Below are positions 48,988 through 61,080 of a DNA stretch of 64,000 nucleotides, in pieces (position 1 is the stretch's first letter; each line of letters starts with the position of its first letter). Below the pieces are notes generated by a model. That model had not been told where the DNA came from, made no database searches, and saw only the letters and a list, made by a program, of their open reading frames with translations. The translations under genes were made by a program, and so were the position numbers. Origin of the DNA: Camelus dromedarius (Eukaryota); contig NC_087446.1 in NCBI RefSeq assembly GCF_036321535.1, positions 48,856,001-48,920,000 on the forward strand, in the 5' to 3' direction.

Positions 48988-49540
48988 GTGTTTCGGTGAT
49001 CTGTACAGGGACCAGAGAAGACCTCTGATGGCTCCAGGGCTGGTAAGCAAAAAGATGGGATACCCACAATTGAGCCTAGTTGCTCACTGTTGTTCTCATT
49101 GATCCTGGATTTTGAAAGCATGTCTTTCTCCTAAATCCAAGCTTCCATCATCTTTGTGTTTGATGTTCTCCAGGCTTTATTTGGGATCTATTTTAAGGTT
49201 TTGTCCTTTCTGGTTAAGGCTTTGTTCTGTATGAAAGTACTCATTTGGCACTTTGGTTTGATTTTGAGATCAGACTGTTTCAACTGAAACTGGTTAGGCT
49301 TTTGACCCTTTCCTTTGGGAACAGGGGCTGTTTCATTGAAACTGTGCTCTTTTCAGCTGTTTGGCCAATTCTTTTGGATTAGAGGCTGTTCGATGGAAAT
49401 TGTCTGAACAGCCCTTGGCCTGGCTCCTTCAGAACCAGTTTGTTCCCTTGGGACTGGCTGGTATTAAGCTAACAGGTTGTTTGGACTGCTTGAGATATAA
49501 GATGTTTGAGGTGTAATCTGTTTAGGCTATTTAAAAATTA
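48988..49540 (+). mobile_element. ERV1 internal leader (truncated, no 3' LTR)
   Basis: Directly follows the LTR: ttcggtgatctgtacagggacc, donor-like ctg|gtaagc at 49040-49048, then a T-rich leader. Confidence 0.6.
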
Positions 49541-50113
49541 TTCCTTTACTCTCTCTAGATTTCTAGAACCCTTGCTCTTGGTATCACTCATTTTAACATT
49601 TAATCACACATGACCAGGATCCCCTCAAACACCCCTGGGAAACTAAGATCTAGTGATTAAGGATTTCTCGGACAATCTTGCTATAAGAAGCTTGTTTCTT
49701 GGCGGGGGGGGGCGGGAAGAGATCTTTATAATCAGGCAGTCTCATATTTTTATTTTGTGGAGAAAAATATCAACACCTGTGAGGCAATCAAATTCTGTTA
49801 AAATGCCACATATTTCACACAGGATTCATGACCCAAAAGGATCCTCAAGTCATAATTTGCCTCATTTTATATTTATATTGACTTAAAACAATTCCCTTGA
49901 CTTGTCACTTGCAGAGGACTTCAGAAGAAACTAAGGCACTCTTCCCTCTAGCAGGTTCGACAGGACACAAGTGGCCGTGCTCGGTTCATGCTGCTGTTTC
50001 TTTTCCCCACCTTGCATCACACAAACTCCCCTGTGTCCTCCTGAAAAGGGAGCCCAGTGCCCACCCTGATGCTCAAAGGCCTCTTGGCTCCCTTTTCACT
50101 GCCCACAGTGTTT

Positions 50114-50795
50114 TTTTTTTAGTTGAGGTATAGTCAGTTTATGATGTTGTGTCAATTTCTGGTGTACAGCATAGTGTTTCAGTTATACATATACATACAT
50201 ATATTCCATTTCATATTCTTCTTCATTACAGGTTAGGCCAAGATATTAAATGTAGTTCTCTGTGCTATAGGGTAGAAACTTGCTGTTTATTCATTTTACA
50301 TATAGTAGTTAGCATCTGCAAATCTTGGACTCTCAATTTATCCCTTCCCAATGCCTTTTCCCCCTGGTAACCAGAGATTTGTTTTTTATATTTGTGAGTG
50401 TTTCTATTTTTTGAAATAAGTTCATTTGTCTTTTTTTTTTTCTAGATTCCACATAAAAGTGATATCATATGGTATTTTTCTTTCTCTCTCTAGCTTACTT
50501 CACTTAGAATGACAACCTCAAGGTCCACCCACATGCTGCAAATGGCATTATTTTGTCCTTTTTTATGGCTGAGTAGTATTTCACTGTATGAATATACCAC
50601 AACTTCTTTATTCAGTTGTCTGTCAATGGGCATTTAGGTTGTTTCCATGTCTTGACTATTGTAAATAGTGCTGCTATGAACATTGGGGTGCAAGTATATT
50701 TTTGAATTAGAGTTCCCTCTGAATATATGTCCAGGAGTGAGATTGCTGGATCATACGGTAACTCTATTTTTATTTTTTTAAGGACTCTCCATATA
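50114..50795 (-). mobile_element. L1 3' region with 10-bp TSD
   Basis: agttgaggtatagtcagtt...ctagattccacataaaagtgatatcatatgg...gattgctggatcatacggtaactctattttt; cacagtgttt at 50104-50113 and 50796-50805. Confidence 0.95.
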
Positions 50796-51724
50796 CACAG
50801 TGTTTCTTGTCCAGCACACAGAAACCAGGGCTGTCATGAGTGATGGGAGACAGAGTTTCCACAGGAAAATGGTATTTTTGGTTCTTGGCAAGATTTTCTG
50901 AAGCAAAGTATTAGGCCTCAGTTGGTGAACCTTGGAGCCAAATTACCCCAACTCTTCCCGGAGGCTCCTTCCTCCTTCCTCATATTCCTCTAGAAATGGC
51001 AGTGGCACGTGGGTGCACCAGGGCCTTCCTGCAAAAGGGAGAAGCCCCACCCTGGCACTCCAGCTAAGACAGGGGGTTGGGGAGGACTAAATCCAAGGTC
51101 CCCTAAGATAAAGGAGCTTTGGGAGCGCACAGAAGGACAGGAAGGAAGCTGCATTTGGGAACACATCTCTTTAATGCTAAAGCATCTGAGGGAGCAAGGC
51201 GTGGGATTACTGTGGTTTCAGGCCCGGCCAGTGCCCCACGTGGGGAAGATCAGGAACAAGGACTGAAGCCATAATTCATGCCAAACTCACAGTAGACGTT
51301 TAGGGTCTCTCCCAGGAAGAGAGGTGTGAGAGAACGTGGGTAGAATTAGGAACTGAAGGGTTAATCTACATGCCTGGTTCCCCATTTGCTGGCTGTGCAG
51401 CTCTGCCTAATTCATCCACCTTCTCAAGCCTCTCTTTTCTCATCAGTTAAATAAATACACTTGCAGATTCTTTTCTTGTGTATAATCAATCAAAATGTCG
51501 TGAGCTGAATGTAAAGACCTACTCAGAGCTGAGATTTATTATTTAAATGAAGTGGTTACTGTCTCACCAATAGGGACTGTGGAACAGTTTTGCCCATTTA
51601 GAACTCTGTGTGGCAGGTTTCTTGGATGGCCGCACTGGTTTTTCCTGGCTTCTTGAGGCGTATTTAGCATCCAGCAGACGGCACATATTTAAGGGTTACA
51701 GTTTGATTAAGTTTTGACATACAT

Positions 51725-52440
51725 ACCACAGTATAACACAGATTGTATCTGGTGTCTGCTCCTGGTTCTTGGCAGAGAGCTTCAAGAATCCTTGGAATTT
51801 CCTGAGTGCTAAGAATGCTTTTGTTATGCCCTGAGGTAGCTGTTGTTATGCACTTAGATAGCTTCAGGGACAGGATTGAAAGACTACTGCGTGGTTAGAT
51901 GCTTGTAACCTTGAGCTACACTGACTTCGAGGGAGGGGAGGGGGCTGGGCATTGACTTCAGTCACTTGGCCAATGATTTAACTCATCATACCCAGGTAAT
52001 GAAACCTCAGTAAAAGCCCTGGACACCGGAGCTCAGGAGAACTTCCAGGTTGATGAGCACGTTGACACGCCAGGAGGGTGATGTGGACAATCTGTCTAGA
52101 CTCCACAGGGAGAGGGCACGGGGGCTGTTTCAGCACCCTTGTAGGCATCACCTGTGTGTGTCTCCTTTGCTGTAACGCTATAATTGTAAGTATAGTGCTT
52201 TCCTTAGTTCTAGGAATTGCTTCCAGGGAATTACTGAACCTGAGGGGTTGTGGGTATCCCTAAATACATAGCCAGATGGTTAGAAATGTGGGAGGCCTAG
52301 GGATCCCCAAATTGCTTCTGGTGTCTGTTGTAGGGACCATCTTGTGGGTGACTTTGTCCTAACTTTGGGATCTGATGCCAACTCTTGAGTGGTTGGCAGA
52401 ATGATACTGCTGTACTCCTAGTTGGGAAGGAAACAGAGCA
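51725..52440 (+). mobile_element. 5' LTR of ERVL provirus (MER21-like)
   Basis: ctcctggttcttggcagagagcttc...ccttggaatttcctgagtg, tagatagcttcagg, ggccaatgatttaa...gtaatgaaacctc, cttgtggg...gggatctgatgccaactc: diagnostic MER21 blocks. Confidence 0.85.
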
Positions 52441-52442
52441 TT

Positions 52443-52463
52443 TAGTGTCAGAAATCTGGGATT
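52443..52463 (+). promoter_or_regulatory. Primer-binding site, tRNA-Leu(CAA)-type
   Basis: tagtgtcagaaatctgggatt versus the expected tggtgtcagaagtgggatt, immediately after the LTR; typical of ERVL. Confidence 0.75.
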
Positions 52464-53004
52464 CAGTAGAAGGACCCTGATTTACTGAGACATGGTTTGG
52501 GAAGAGAAAGGATGAGAGGGTGGGGAATGAGGATCCTTTGATTCCTGGGGGGGCCAAAACTTTACTTACAGCATGAACGGCAGCTGTGTAGCAGTCATTT
52601 GCTTAGGTTAAAAGTTAATGATGGAATTTAGAGATGATGGACCCAAATCCTGGGGAGTGGCTCACTGGATGCATAAGTAAAATAATAAGAAAAAGGTTAA
52701 GCATGCAGTTCTTTGGTTACTGTTATCTGTAACAGCTAAGCTGAAATTAAAAGAGAGCTGGATCAGATCTTGGTACCAACCAAGCTCAGATATTGGTCAG
52801 TCTGAGCTTATGGCCACTAGCCTCAAAGGTTTCCCCAAAGGGAAAAATTATGCCTGGACAAGACAGAAACTCTGAGATCTCTGGTCATCAGAAAGGTAGT
52901 CCAGTCGGGGGGATGGAAGGACCAAGAAATCACTGAAACCAAGAGGTACAGTGTGAAGTTTTCTCCCTTTGTGGATTGGTATCATCAACTTCCTGAAGAA
53001 TCCT

Positions 53005-53668
53005 TACTGAAATGGGATGTGTGAGTGTCTAATTTGGAGGCTGCGTCTTAGGTTTTAAATGCTGTAGAGTGGAAAAGCACGTCTGGGTTGATACAGGACC
53101 CTCGCTATGGAATCACAAATGCCTATGCATGGTCCAGGCGCACCACAGGTTACTCCTGATTTAACAGCTAGCTGGGTGGACTAGAAAAAAGGTGCTCTAA
53201 AGTTTGTTTACCCTGAGAAGGAGGATCATCTGATTCCCCCTACAACTGCTAAGTAGTACATCTCAGTTGAAGCAGCTAATATACTTTGCAAGGAAGCCAT
53301 GCTGGACTGGCTTTATGATGGTCAGGATATTAATCAATGAAATATGCCCCTTTTTCAGGGCATGGTAAGGGCTGTGATTAAACAGCTCCTTTTGCATGAG
53401 ACACCACGTAACCGTACTGTTTCAAAATTGAAAAATAGTCCAACATAACTTATTGGATTTTTCTATCTCAGTTTCCCCTAATGGGTCTCACAGATGCTAA
53501 TAAAAAGGTAGATGAATTAACACAAAAACAGGGAAAAGCAGAAGGGAGAGTCAAGGGACTCACTCCAGCAGGATGGAAATCTTTGCATGGTATTTAAGGA
53601 ATGGGATGAATAAATCAGATATTACTGGGGTTGAAACAAAGGACTTAATAGCGCACTATCAAAGGATG
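53005..53668 (+). pseudogene. Degraded ERVL gag
   Basis: EAANILCKEAMLDWLYD (about 53270-53320) and THSSRMEIFAWYLRNGMNKSDITGVETKDLIAHYQR (53558 onward) resemble the ERVL gag motifs EGIQRLREIGMLEWI and LTRRDLWHWL..HGVPRSEIDGQPTK. Confidence 0.7.
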
Positions 53669-54089
53669 TATGGGCCAATAGGACCTCTTTGGGGTCCCCA
53701 ATGTTAAAGGTCCTTAAACATGTCTGTCCACTCTATATAACCCAGTTTGGCAGAATTTTAAAAGCCTGAAGGCAACGATTACATTGAGAAACCCAGTCTA
53801 AATTACTTGGGGCCATAGTCAAGCAGATTTATCAAGGTAAAATTGGCAAGAGGGCCAGTGTATCTTGGATCAGCCTTCTCCTGGGGACACAAAGCCTTAT
53901 GCCCATGAGTAAGTGGGACAAATGGGGAGTGAAGAAGAGAAATTTCTCAGACCTCCTGGCAAGGGAACCTCATAAACTATTTAGTACCAAAATCTATTGG
54001 TGAGACCCGACTGGAGCCTACAATTTAAGCGAAAGCATATCAAAGTGCAAGCGTTGTTAGGATTAAGATGGAACGTTTGGATGAAAAAT

Positions 54090-55350
54090 TGCAAAAATTG
54101 TGAAATGGTTGTGTCCATTTTAACTAAGTGCATTATAGGGGTGGAGACTGTGCCTGACCAGGGGATGCTTCCCTTACCTGGCGTGATAAAACAGAGGCTT
54201 GTCACACCCCCCTTTCAGCACTACTTACTGGACATGGTAAATGGGAATGAATAGAAATGCCAGCGCCCATACAGTGTAAAAGAGAAGCTGGAGTGTTGGT
54301 ATGGACAAGCTCTCTGTACAGTAGCCCTGTGCAGAGTATAGACTGGGGTTCGTGGCAAAATCCCACGAGTTTCTTCCAATGACAACTGCTAGGACTATGG
54401 GCTAGAACATTTCCATTTGAGAAGCAATTAATCTCTTGCTATGGGGCATTAACTGACTCTACCCCTGTGACTAAAGAGCATAAAATAGTATCGAAACCTG
54501 AAATACCCATTATATCTTGGGTGATAGCAGAGACAGTCTTAATATGGAGGATTGTGCCCTGTGAGCTCAAAAAAAAAAAGAAATGGTTTGCACAAGAGCA
54601 GTCTGCGAAGGTAATGCAAAGAATTTCTCAGCGGACTCATGAGCAGGTACATTCTTTTCCTCTAGATCTGACTTGGGAACCACAAAAGGCACTGTCTGAT
54701 TGTATTGCTTCTTAACACTGCCCTATAAACAATGGCCAACACAGAGATGCTTAGCTCCCAAAAGAATTGCTTGGAAGTCCAGCACTCCGATCAAAGAAGG
54801 CAAAAATAAATTAGCTTAATGGGCTAAACTGCATGCTGTTTGACCCTATGTTTAGGTTTTTACTGACACATGGATGGTGACCAGTAGCCTGGATGTGTGG
54901 TCAGACAGAAGAGCAAAGGAAAACTGGCCTCACAGAAGGATGCCCAAATGTGCATCCATCTGACCTTCTGACCGGGGAGGGTTAATAGTGAATGCACGCA
55001 CATGCACAGAAGTAGAAATAGCCCAGTAGTTTCGTCCACATGGAGAGAAAGGGAGATAATAGCTGAGGGTAAAGGAATGAATACATGGTTATCCAATGAG
55101 GGAAGTTCAATATTCCTCAAAAAAAAAAAAAAAGCTCTTAGCTCAATTATGCCAGATTCCTGAAAGGGTGAAGCCATGTATGGCAGAGACCACGCATTTT
55201 GGAACCAGACAGTCTCAGAAGGAAGCCTGCAAATCTGTGTGGCCTTGCCCAGGAGACATTTTGGTCCTGCATCTTGATGATGGGCTGGACAAACTATTAA
55301 TGACTGAAAGGAAGTTTAATAATGTGCCAGTACTTTTGGACCTTTGCTTT
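54090..55350 (+). pseudogene. Degraded ERVL pro-pol lacking the RT core
   Basis: CEMVVSILTKCIIGVE (protease C-terminus); GHGKWE*IEMP; EAGVLVWTSSLYSSPV; WGSWQ...LGLWARTFPFEKQLISCYGAL; KPEIPIISWV; WAKLHAV...FTDTWMV (RNase H); PAS** and YFGPL (integrase PATWW/DYIGPL). Multiple stops. Confidence 0.8.
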
Positions 55351-55585
55351 GCAGGCTACATCCATCATAACGCAAGATAGTCTAACACTGGCATTGTTGG
55401 TAAGATTATAATTTCTATTTTGATAGTCAGATCTACTGGGAAATATCTTTGATCTAAAAGCCTATTATCTGTACCCCACACTTGCTCCTCCAAATATTAG
55501 GTACATTCATGTCACTACTATTGCTCTATCTGTTACATAAATGCCACAGCAAATGTAGAGGCTCACACAGGTATGATCATTTTGC

Positions 55586-56139
55586 TGTGAGATAACCATG
55601 GCCAAAGACCGGAAGAGGGGAGGGCAGACAGAGATTGACTTCAGTTATGTGGGCAATGTTTTAATCAGTTATGCCTACAGGATGAAACACTCATAAAAAT
55701 AATGGACTCCGAGACTCAGTGGAGTGTTTTGTTTGGTGAATACATGGATGTGCTGGGAGGGTGATGTGACCAGACTCCGTAAGGAGAGGGCATGAAAACT
55801 GTGCTTCCGGGACCCTTCCAGACCTCGCCCTACATGAAGCTTTTATGATAGAGCTGTAACAAGAAGCACTAATAAGTAGAGTGCTTGTCTGAGTTCTGAG
55901 AGTCACTTATAGTGAATTATCAAACATGAAGGGGTCACAGGAATCCCTAAATTTATAGCAAGTCCTTTGGAAGTATGTGTAGCCTGGGGACCCCAAAAGG
56001 GTAACTGGTGTCTGAAAAAAAGGGCAATCTTGTGGGGGACTTTGTCCTTTTAACTTGTGGGGTCTGATAGTAACTCTGGGTGGTGTGTGTCAGAGCGACA
56101 TTGCAGTACACCCAAATAGGGCAGAGAGAGGACATACAC
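55586..56139 (+). mobile_element. 3' LTR of ERVL provirus (MER21-like, 5' part missing)
   Basis: gattgacttcag...gcaatgttttaatcagttatgcctac...ggtgaatacatggatgtgctgggagggtg...ggagagggcatg...cttgtggggtctgatagtaactct; collinear with the 5' LTR. Confidence 0.85.
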
Positions 56140-56491
56140 AGACCCCAGAAGCAATGGTGATGGGATTTTTAATTAAGTTGACACTTGCAGTCTTGCTGTA
56201 TAAGGGGGCTGTAACTCTAGGGGAAGGACCCACGCATGCACACACTATCACACCACACAAACTCACATACGGACACTCCTCTCCATCCTCCCATGACACA
56301 GACCTGTACCATTTAAAGGGGATACGACTGCTTGTGGAAACATGGCCATGGTTCTTTACCTAGAAAATCATTTTCTTTCATTCCACCCTCAAGCCTCGCT
56401 CCCACCAGTCAGCAAGGCCAGCAAGGAAGATCTACCATTCCTATTATCTGTTTTTCCTTCCTCAGCTAGTGACTGACCCAGAATATGTAGA

Positions 56492-56804
56492 TTTTTCTTT
56501 CTGTCTTTTTTTGGTATATATATGTGTGTATTTATACTATACAGTATAAACCTTCTGTTTCTCTATTTTATATATATTAGTTAATATCTGCAAATGTTGA
56601 ACTCCCAATTTGTCCCTTTCCACTTCCTTCCCCCACTGGTAACCATAAGTTTGTTTTCTATGTTTTCTTTGTTTTGTAAATAAGTTCATTTGCTTTTTTT
56701 TTTAGATTCCACATATAAGTGATATCATACGGTATTTTTCTTTCTCTTTCTGGCTTACTTCACTTAGAATGACAATCTCCAGGTCCATCTATTTTGCTGC
56801 AAAT
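56492..56804 (-). mobile_element. L1 3' region ending at an assembly gap
   Basis: ctggtaaccataagtttgttttctatg...ttagattccacatataagtgatatcatacgg...cacttagaatgacaatctccaggtccatc. Confidence 0.9.
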
Positions 56805-56950
56805 NNNNNNNNNNNNNNNNNNNNNNNNNNNNNNNNNNNNNNNNNNNNNNNNNNNNNNNNNNNNNNNNNNNNNNNNNNNNNNNNNNNNNNNNNNNNNNNN
56901 NNNNNNNNNNNNNNNNNNNNNNNNNNNNNNNNNNNNNNNNNNNNNNNNNN
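56805..56950. other. Assembly gap (146 N)
   Basis: N run at the L1 boundary. Confidence 0.99.
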
Positions 56951-57546
56951 CTTGAGTTATAGAAAAGAAAGCACTGTGAGGATCAGGTCATTCTGTGTCC
57001 TGCTTGCACAGATGTTTTGTTCACCTGTTGACTTTAGAAAATCAGATGGGAAACAGTGGTCAAGACAAGGAAGACTACATGTACCAAAATCCATGACCTT
57101 TTCTTGGATGATGTGTCTCTCAAGTCTACCTTAATTGGCAATTACAAAAGTCTTAATCAAAGAGGAAAAATCTCTGCTGAAGGAAGGGTCCTCTACCAAC
57201 AGTTTATAACCTGATGCCCCCACATTTGAGTGCCTCTTGAATCAGGCAACATTTGCCCAGTGACTCTCCTTCCAGCCTTCCGATGAAGCTGTAACTAACC
57301 TCTGTAATGAGCATGATAAGTTTTCATATCCAAACTATACTGATTAAGAAAAAAAAATCAAGAACGCAACCTTTCTGTCTTAACTTGGTATTACGTGATG
57401 TTCGCTCATCTGCCCTGCCACCTGGTCCTCTGAGGGGACTGGGAAGATGTCAGTGAGCTTTCAGTAGCTTGGTGGGACTGCTCGTGCATTACTTTGACCT
57501 AGTTATATAAGAGACTTGCAGGCTAATAACCAACTGGTACTATGAA

Positions 57547-57622
57547 TTTTTTTTTAAATTGCGATATAATCAGTTACAATGTGTTAATTTCTGATGTACA
57601 GAATAATGTCCCGGTCATGCAT
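57547..57622 (-). mobile_element. Short L1 3'-end fragment
   Basis: tttttttttaaattgcgatataatcagttacaatgtgttaatttctgatgtacagaataatgtcccggtcatgcat. Confidence 0.75.
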
Positions 57623-57870
57623 GTGAGTTCTTATTTGTCACTGAATCTCCCAGGATTTGGGCTTTTTGAGGGCTTGTGGTGATAATGCTATCAAGTACCA
57701 GTAAAATGTGTCCTCAGTTCTTATTTGTTTAGGTCAGATGCTAAGGAATAATCCCAGAAATGACAGACATTGACCAGATTGCCCTTCTTCTTACCTCCAG
57801 ACTCTCAGAATCTGATTCTGCGAGCTGACCAGAAACACCTGACCTTTCTATGTGCTTTTTAGAGATTTCC

Positions 57871-58552
57871 TAAAATGGCAAATAAAAAATTCTGAAAATG
57901 GCAATTGTGGGTGAGGTTAGGAAGCAACCAAAATCTCCCACAGCAGGTGTGAGCATGAGATGTGCACTCCATTTGGAAAACTCTTGGTCAATAGCCCCTA
58001 AGTGTGAATGTAAGCATCCTCTATGTCCCAGTGATTCTTCTGGTAGAAGAATATCCAACAGAAACGCATGCATATGTTTCCCAGAGACATTTACAGGAAT
58101 GTACAGAGCAGCATTATTCTTAATTTCCCAAAGCTGTAAATTCCCTATGTTCTCATAGCGCTAAAATGTGTCAGCAAATTCCAGTATATTTCAACAACGC
58201 TATGCTATATCTTCATGGGAAAGAATGATCCTTAAAAACGCACAGTAATATGAGTGACTCTCACAAAGTGCAGAGTAAATGAAGCCAGACTCAAAAGAAA
58301 TCGTTATTTCCTTTATTTGCAAGTGGTTGACAGCAGTGAACCTTGGAGGTGAGGTTCATGATGGGAAAGAGACCCGTGGACACTTTTTGAGAGCTAGGTT
58401 CCAGTCATGTATTTCATTTTTTTATCTTTGTTTTTTAAACGAGGAGATGATTATACAGGTTGTAAAAATTCATTGAGCTGTACGGTCATAATATGAAAGA
58501 TTTTTCAGTATGCATATAATATTTCCATTAAAAGTAAAAAAAAAAAAAGAAA
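57871..58552 (+). mobile_element. Old L1M (L1ME-like) 3' end
   Basis: ccaacagaaacgcatgcatatgtttcccagagacatttacaggaatgtacagagcagcattatt...gaagccagactcaaaaga...gtaaaaattcattgagctgtac, followed by an A tail. Confidence 0.8.
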
Positions 58553-59689
58553 AGAAACAGTAATGTTTCACACATGTTACAAAAATCTCAGCAGTGACAC
58601 ACATGGTTGCAGACAGGGTATTTGAGTAATTTATCACAAACTCAAAATTCACGCCTCTGTACCCAAGTGCAGCAATTACATCGCAACATTTAGAGTAACT
58701 GTTTGGCAGCAGTCGAAGGTTCCAGACTGCTGCAAGAGCCTCCAACATTCACACCCACTTAACCTCACAGCCAGGACTACCCCGAAACAGTTCTGCCTAG
58801 CACTCACCTCTAAGCGAGCCTCACACACAGGCAGGAGAGTCTCCTTAAGCACATGAAGAGCATCACTCTTGGAGCTTTTTTTAAAAAATCTACATTGGAT
58901 TTTATTTCTTTATGAACTTCTCTTATCCATCTGTTAGACTGTAATTTTCCATGATTTTATCTATACTTAATGAGTATATTTTTCAGATGCGTACTGCACT
59001 TTTGAGGAACCCTCACACATATGGAAAATGAGCAGTCGATCATAGGGTGATGGAGCTTACAAATGTTGCTTACCCCTTCCTCCATTCCCCCTTGCTCCTT
59101 AATAAGGAGTTCCTGATTTGACTTTAGGACAGCGATGTGCTCATCTGAAGCGAGTGCTGACACGTGACTGAGTTTATTTAAGGCTACGGTTAATTCAGTC
59201 AGCTTAGGATATCAAGAGCAAAGAATGTGTTTGATTTTCCCTTCTGTATAAATACATCCAAATATGAGCGAACACGCACTTTTTACAAAATGTACACTTA
59301 TAATTTCATTCTACTTTATAAGCCAGCAGTAATAAAAGGAAAGAAAGAAGGATTGGAAATAAGTAACTGTAAAGTCTAGATAGGTAGACAGGAGAGAGCC
59401 CAGGAATTTTCAGATAATTAGAAATTTTAGTTTTCTTAATATTTATGTATTATCTTGAAAAAAAACATTATATTTTGTTCACTCTTGCTTAAAAATGCTC
59501 TAAAATAAGTACTCTGTCTCCATCTAGTCGGGGAAGGAGGTGGGAAAACATGAGAGTAGTTCTGGGGGGGAAGGCGTTTGGGAACCTTCATTAGCTCTCT
59601 GCAGCCCAACAGCTGCAGAAAAAAGGTTCAGTTCCTTCAGCAATCTGAGCACCTACTGTGTGCCTGGCACCGAGCAAGGCCACCTCTCG

Positions 59690-59930
59690 AAGCCTGGCTT
59701 CCTGTACAATGGGGCAGTGGATGATGCTGGCAGCCCTGAAGGTTGTTGGGAAGCAGGTGAAGTGTGGTGTATACAGTCAGCACTCCATGATGTACCAGGC
59801 ACTGATGTCTCTCAGTTTTTACAGTTCACTCCCGTTGTCCACCAATGGGGAAACTGAGGCCCAGAGAGGGCTAGTGACTTCTCCAAGGTCACAGAGCCTA
59901 TATCTGGCTGGTTCCAGCTGTGGCCTGAGC
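59690..59930. mobile_element. Two MIR fragments in opposite orientation
   Basis: gcttcctgtacaatggggcag (+) and caatggggaaactgaggcccagagagggctagtgacttctccaaggtcacagag (-). Confidence 0.65.
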
Positions 59931-60099
59931 CATTTTCCTTGCTCAATCCCAAAATAACCAGCAGGGCTTGGCTTCTGGGTAGACCAGGCGGGGGTCTCCC
60001 CGCGCTGAGGGGTTGGTGGGTGAGGTGGAGGAGTGTGTCAACGATAACAGACCCTCTTGCTGAGGGCCTTGTGTGTTTTTCTCATCAAAACCTGAAAGA

Positions 60100-60225
60100 G
60101 CTGTGAAAGCGGTATTATAGTCATCCCCATCTTACGGACGGGGAAACTGAGGCTCAGAGAGATGAAGTCACTTGCTCAAAGCACACAGTGGTGGGAAGAA
60201 GGGTTTTGACCCCTGCCCCAGATCT
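60100..60225 (-). mobile_element. MIR SINE
   Basis: tcatccccatcttacggacggggaaactgaggctcagagagatgaagtcacttgctcaaagcacacag. Confidence 0.85.
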
Positions 60226-61080
60226 GTTTGCTGAGTGAAGGAAGAGATAGTGGACAATCCAGGGACACACAGTGACTTCTGTGTTCTGGGGAGTTGAGTC
60301 TGTTTCCCCCAATCCCCAAATGGTGAGGGGCCACAATGCCAGTGTCTTCTGAGTTTCTGGGTCCTTAGAAGCTCCCAGAGCTCGAAAGGGGCACAAGCCT
60401 AATTCCACCCCACCTCCCCACTCCCACCTCTGGTTGGCGGATGCCTCACTTGCAAATGCTCAGTCCTCAGGAGCATCAGCAGGACCCCATTCAGAGCAGC
60501 AGGGGCCACGCCCACAGTGCACCTGCCGGACCACCCTCTGCTCTGTGCAACCAGGCAGCTTTCAGAGGCCCATCAGTCTTTCTACCTGGGACTGCTCCAG
60601 CCATGGCCAGGGACCAGGAACCTCAGCCCCTGGTCCCATTGTGTATGTTGTCTCCTTCCCGCCTGGAGGAGAGTGTGTCTCCCACCTCCCGAGCCTCCTG
60701 TACCTCGCCACCCTCCCGTACAAAGGTCCCCGCTGCAAACCCTGTGTGCCTGCTGGCCTCCAGGTACACTGTCTCCAGTGCACCCCTAGGGAACACGGGG
60801 AGGCGTTTCAGGCTCCAGTTCCCCAAAGGAGTATGGCCAGTCCCAAAGTCTTACAGGACGAGAGCAGAATCTGCCCTCCAACATCTCCAAAAGATGAGTA
60901 CCTTTGGGCACTCCCGTCCCTCAACTGGAACCACAGATTCTGGGGACAGTTATTTCCAGGATCGTCTGTGGAAACCTGCATTCTGAGTACTGTTGCCCGC
61001 TGGCCTTCTGACTTCTAGTGAACTCAGGACCCTATCTGACCCTCTATTTCCTTAACTCTGCCATGAGTAGTTGATTTTGC

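Larger units (their letters stand above)
52441..55585 (+). mobile_element. ERVL internal region (MER21-int-like), RT-deleted
   Basis: Lies between two MER21-like LTRs and carries gag, protease, RT N-terminus, connection, RNase H and integrase relics in the expected order. Confidence 0.85.

Noticed and set aside
60434-61018. Two overlapping + strand ORFs (194 and 181 aa)
   Set aside because: Pro/Ser/Cys-rich composition typical of GC-rich non-coding DNA, non-ATG start for the longer one, no domain similarity, and the 3' end resembles a MER5-type fragment.
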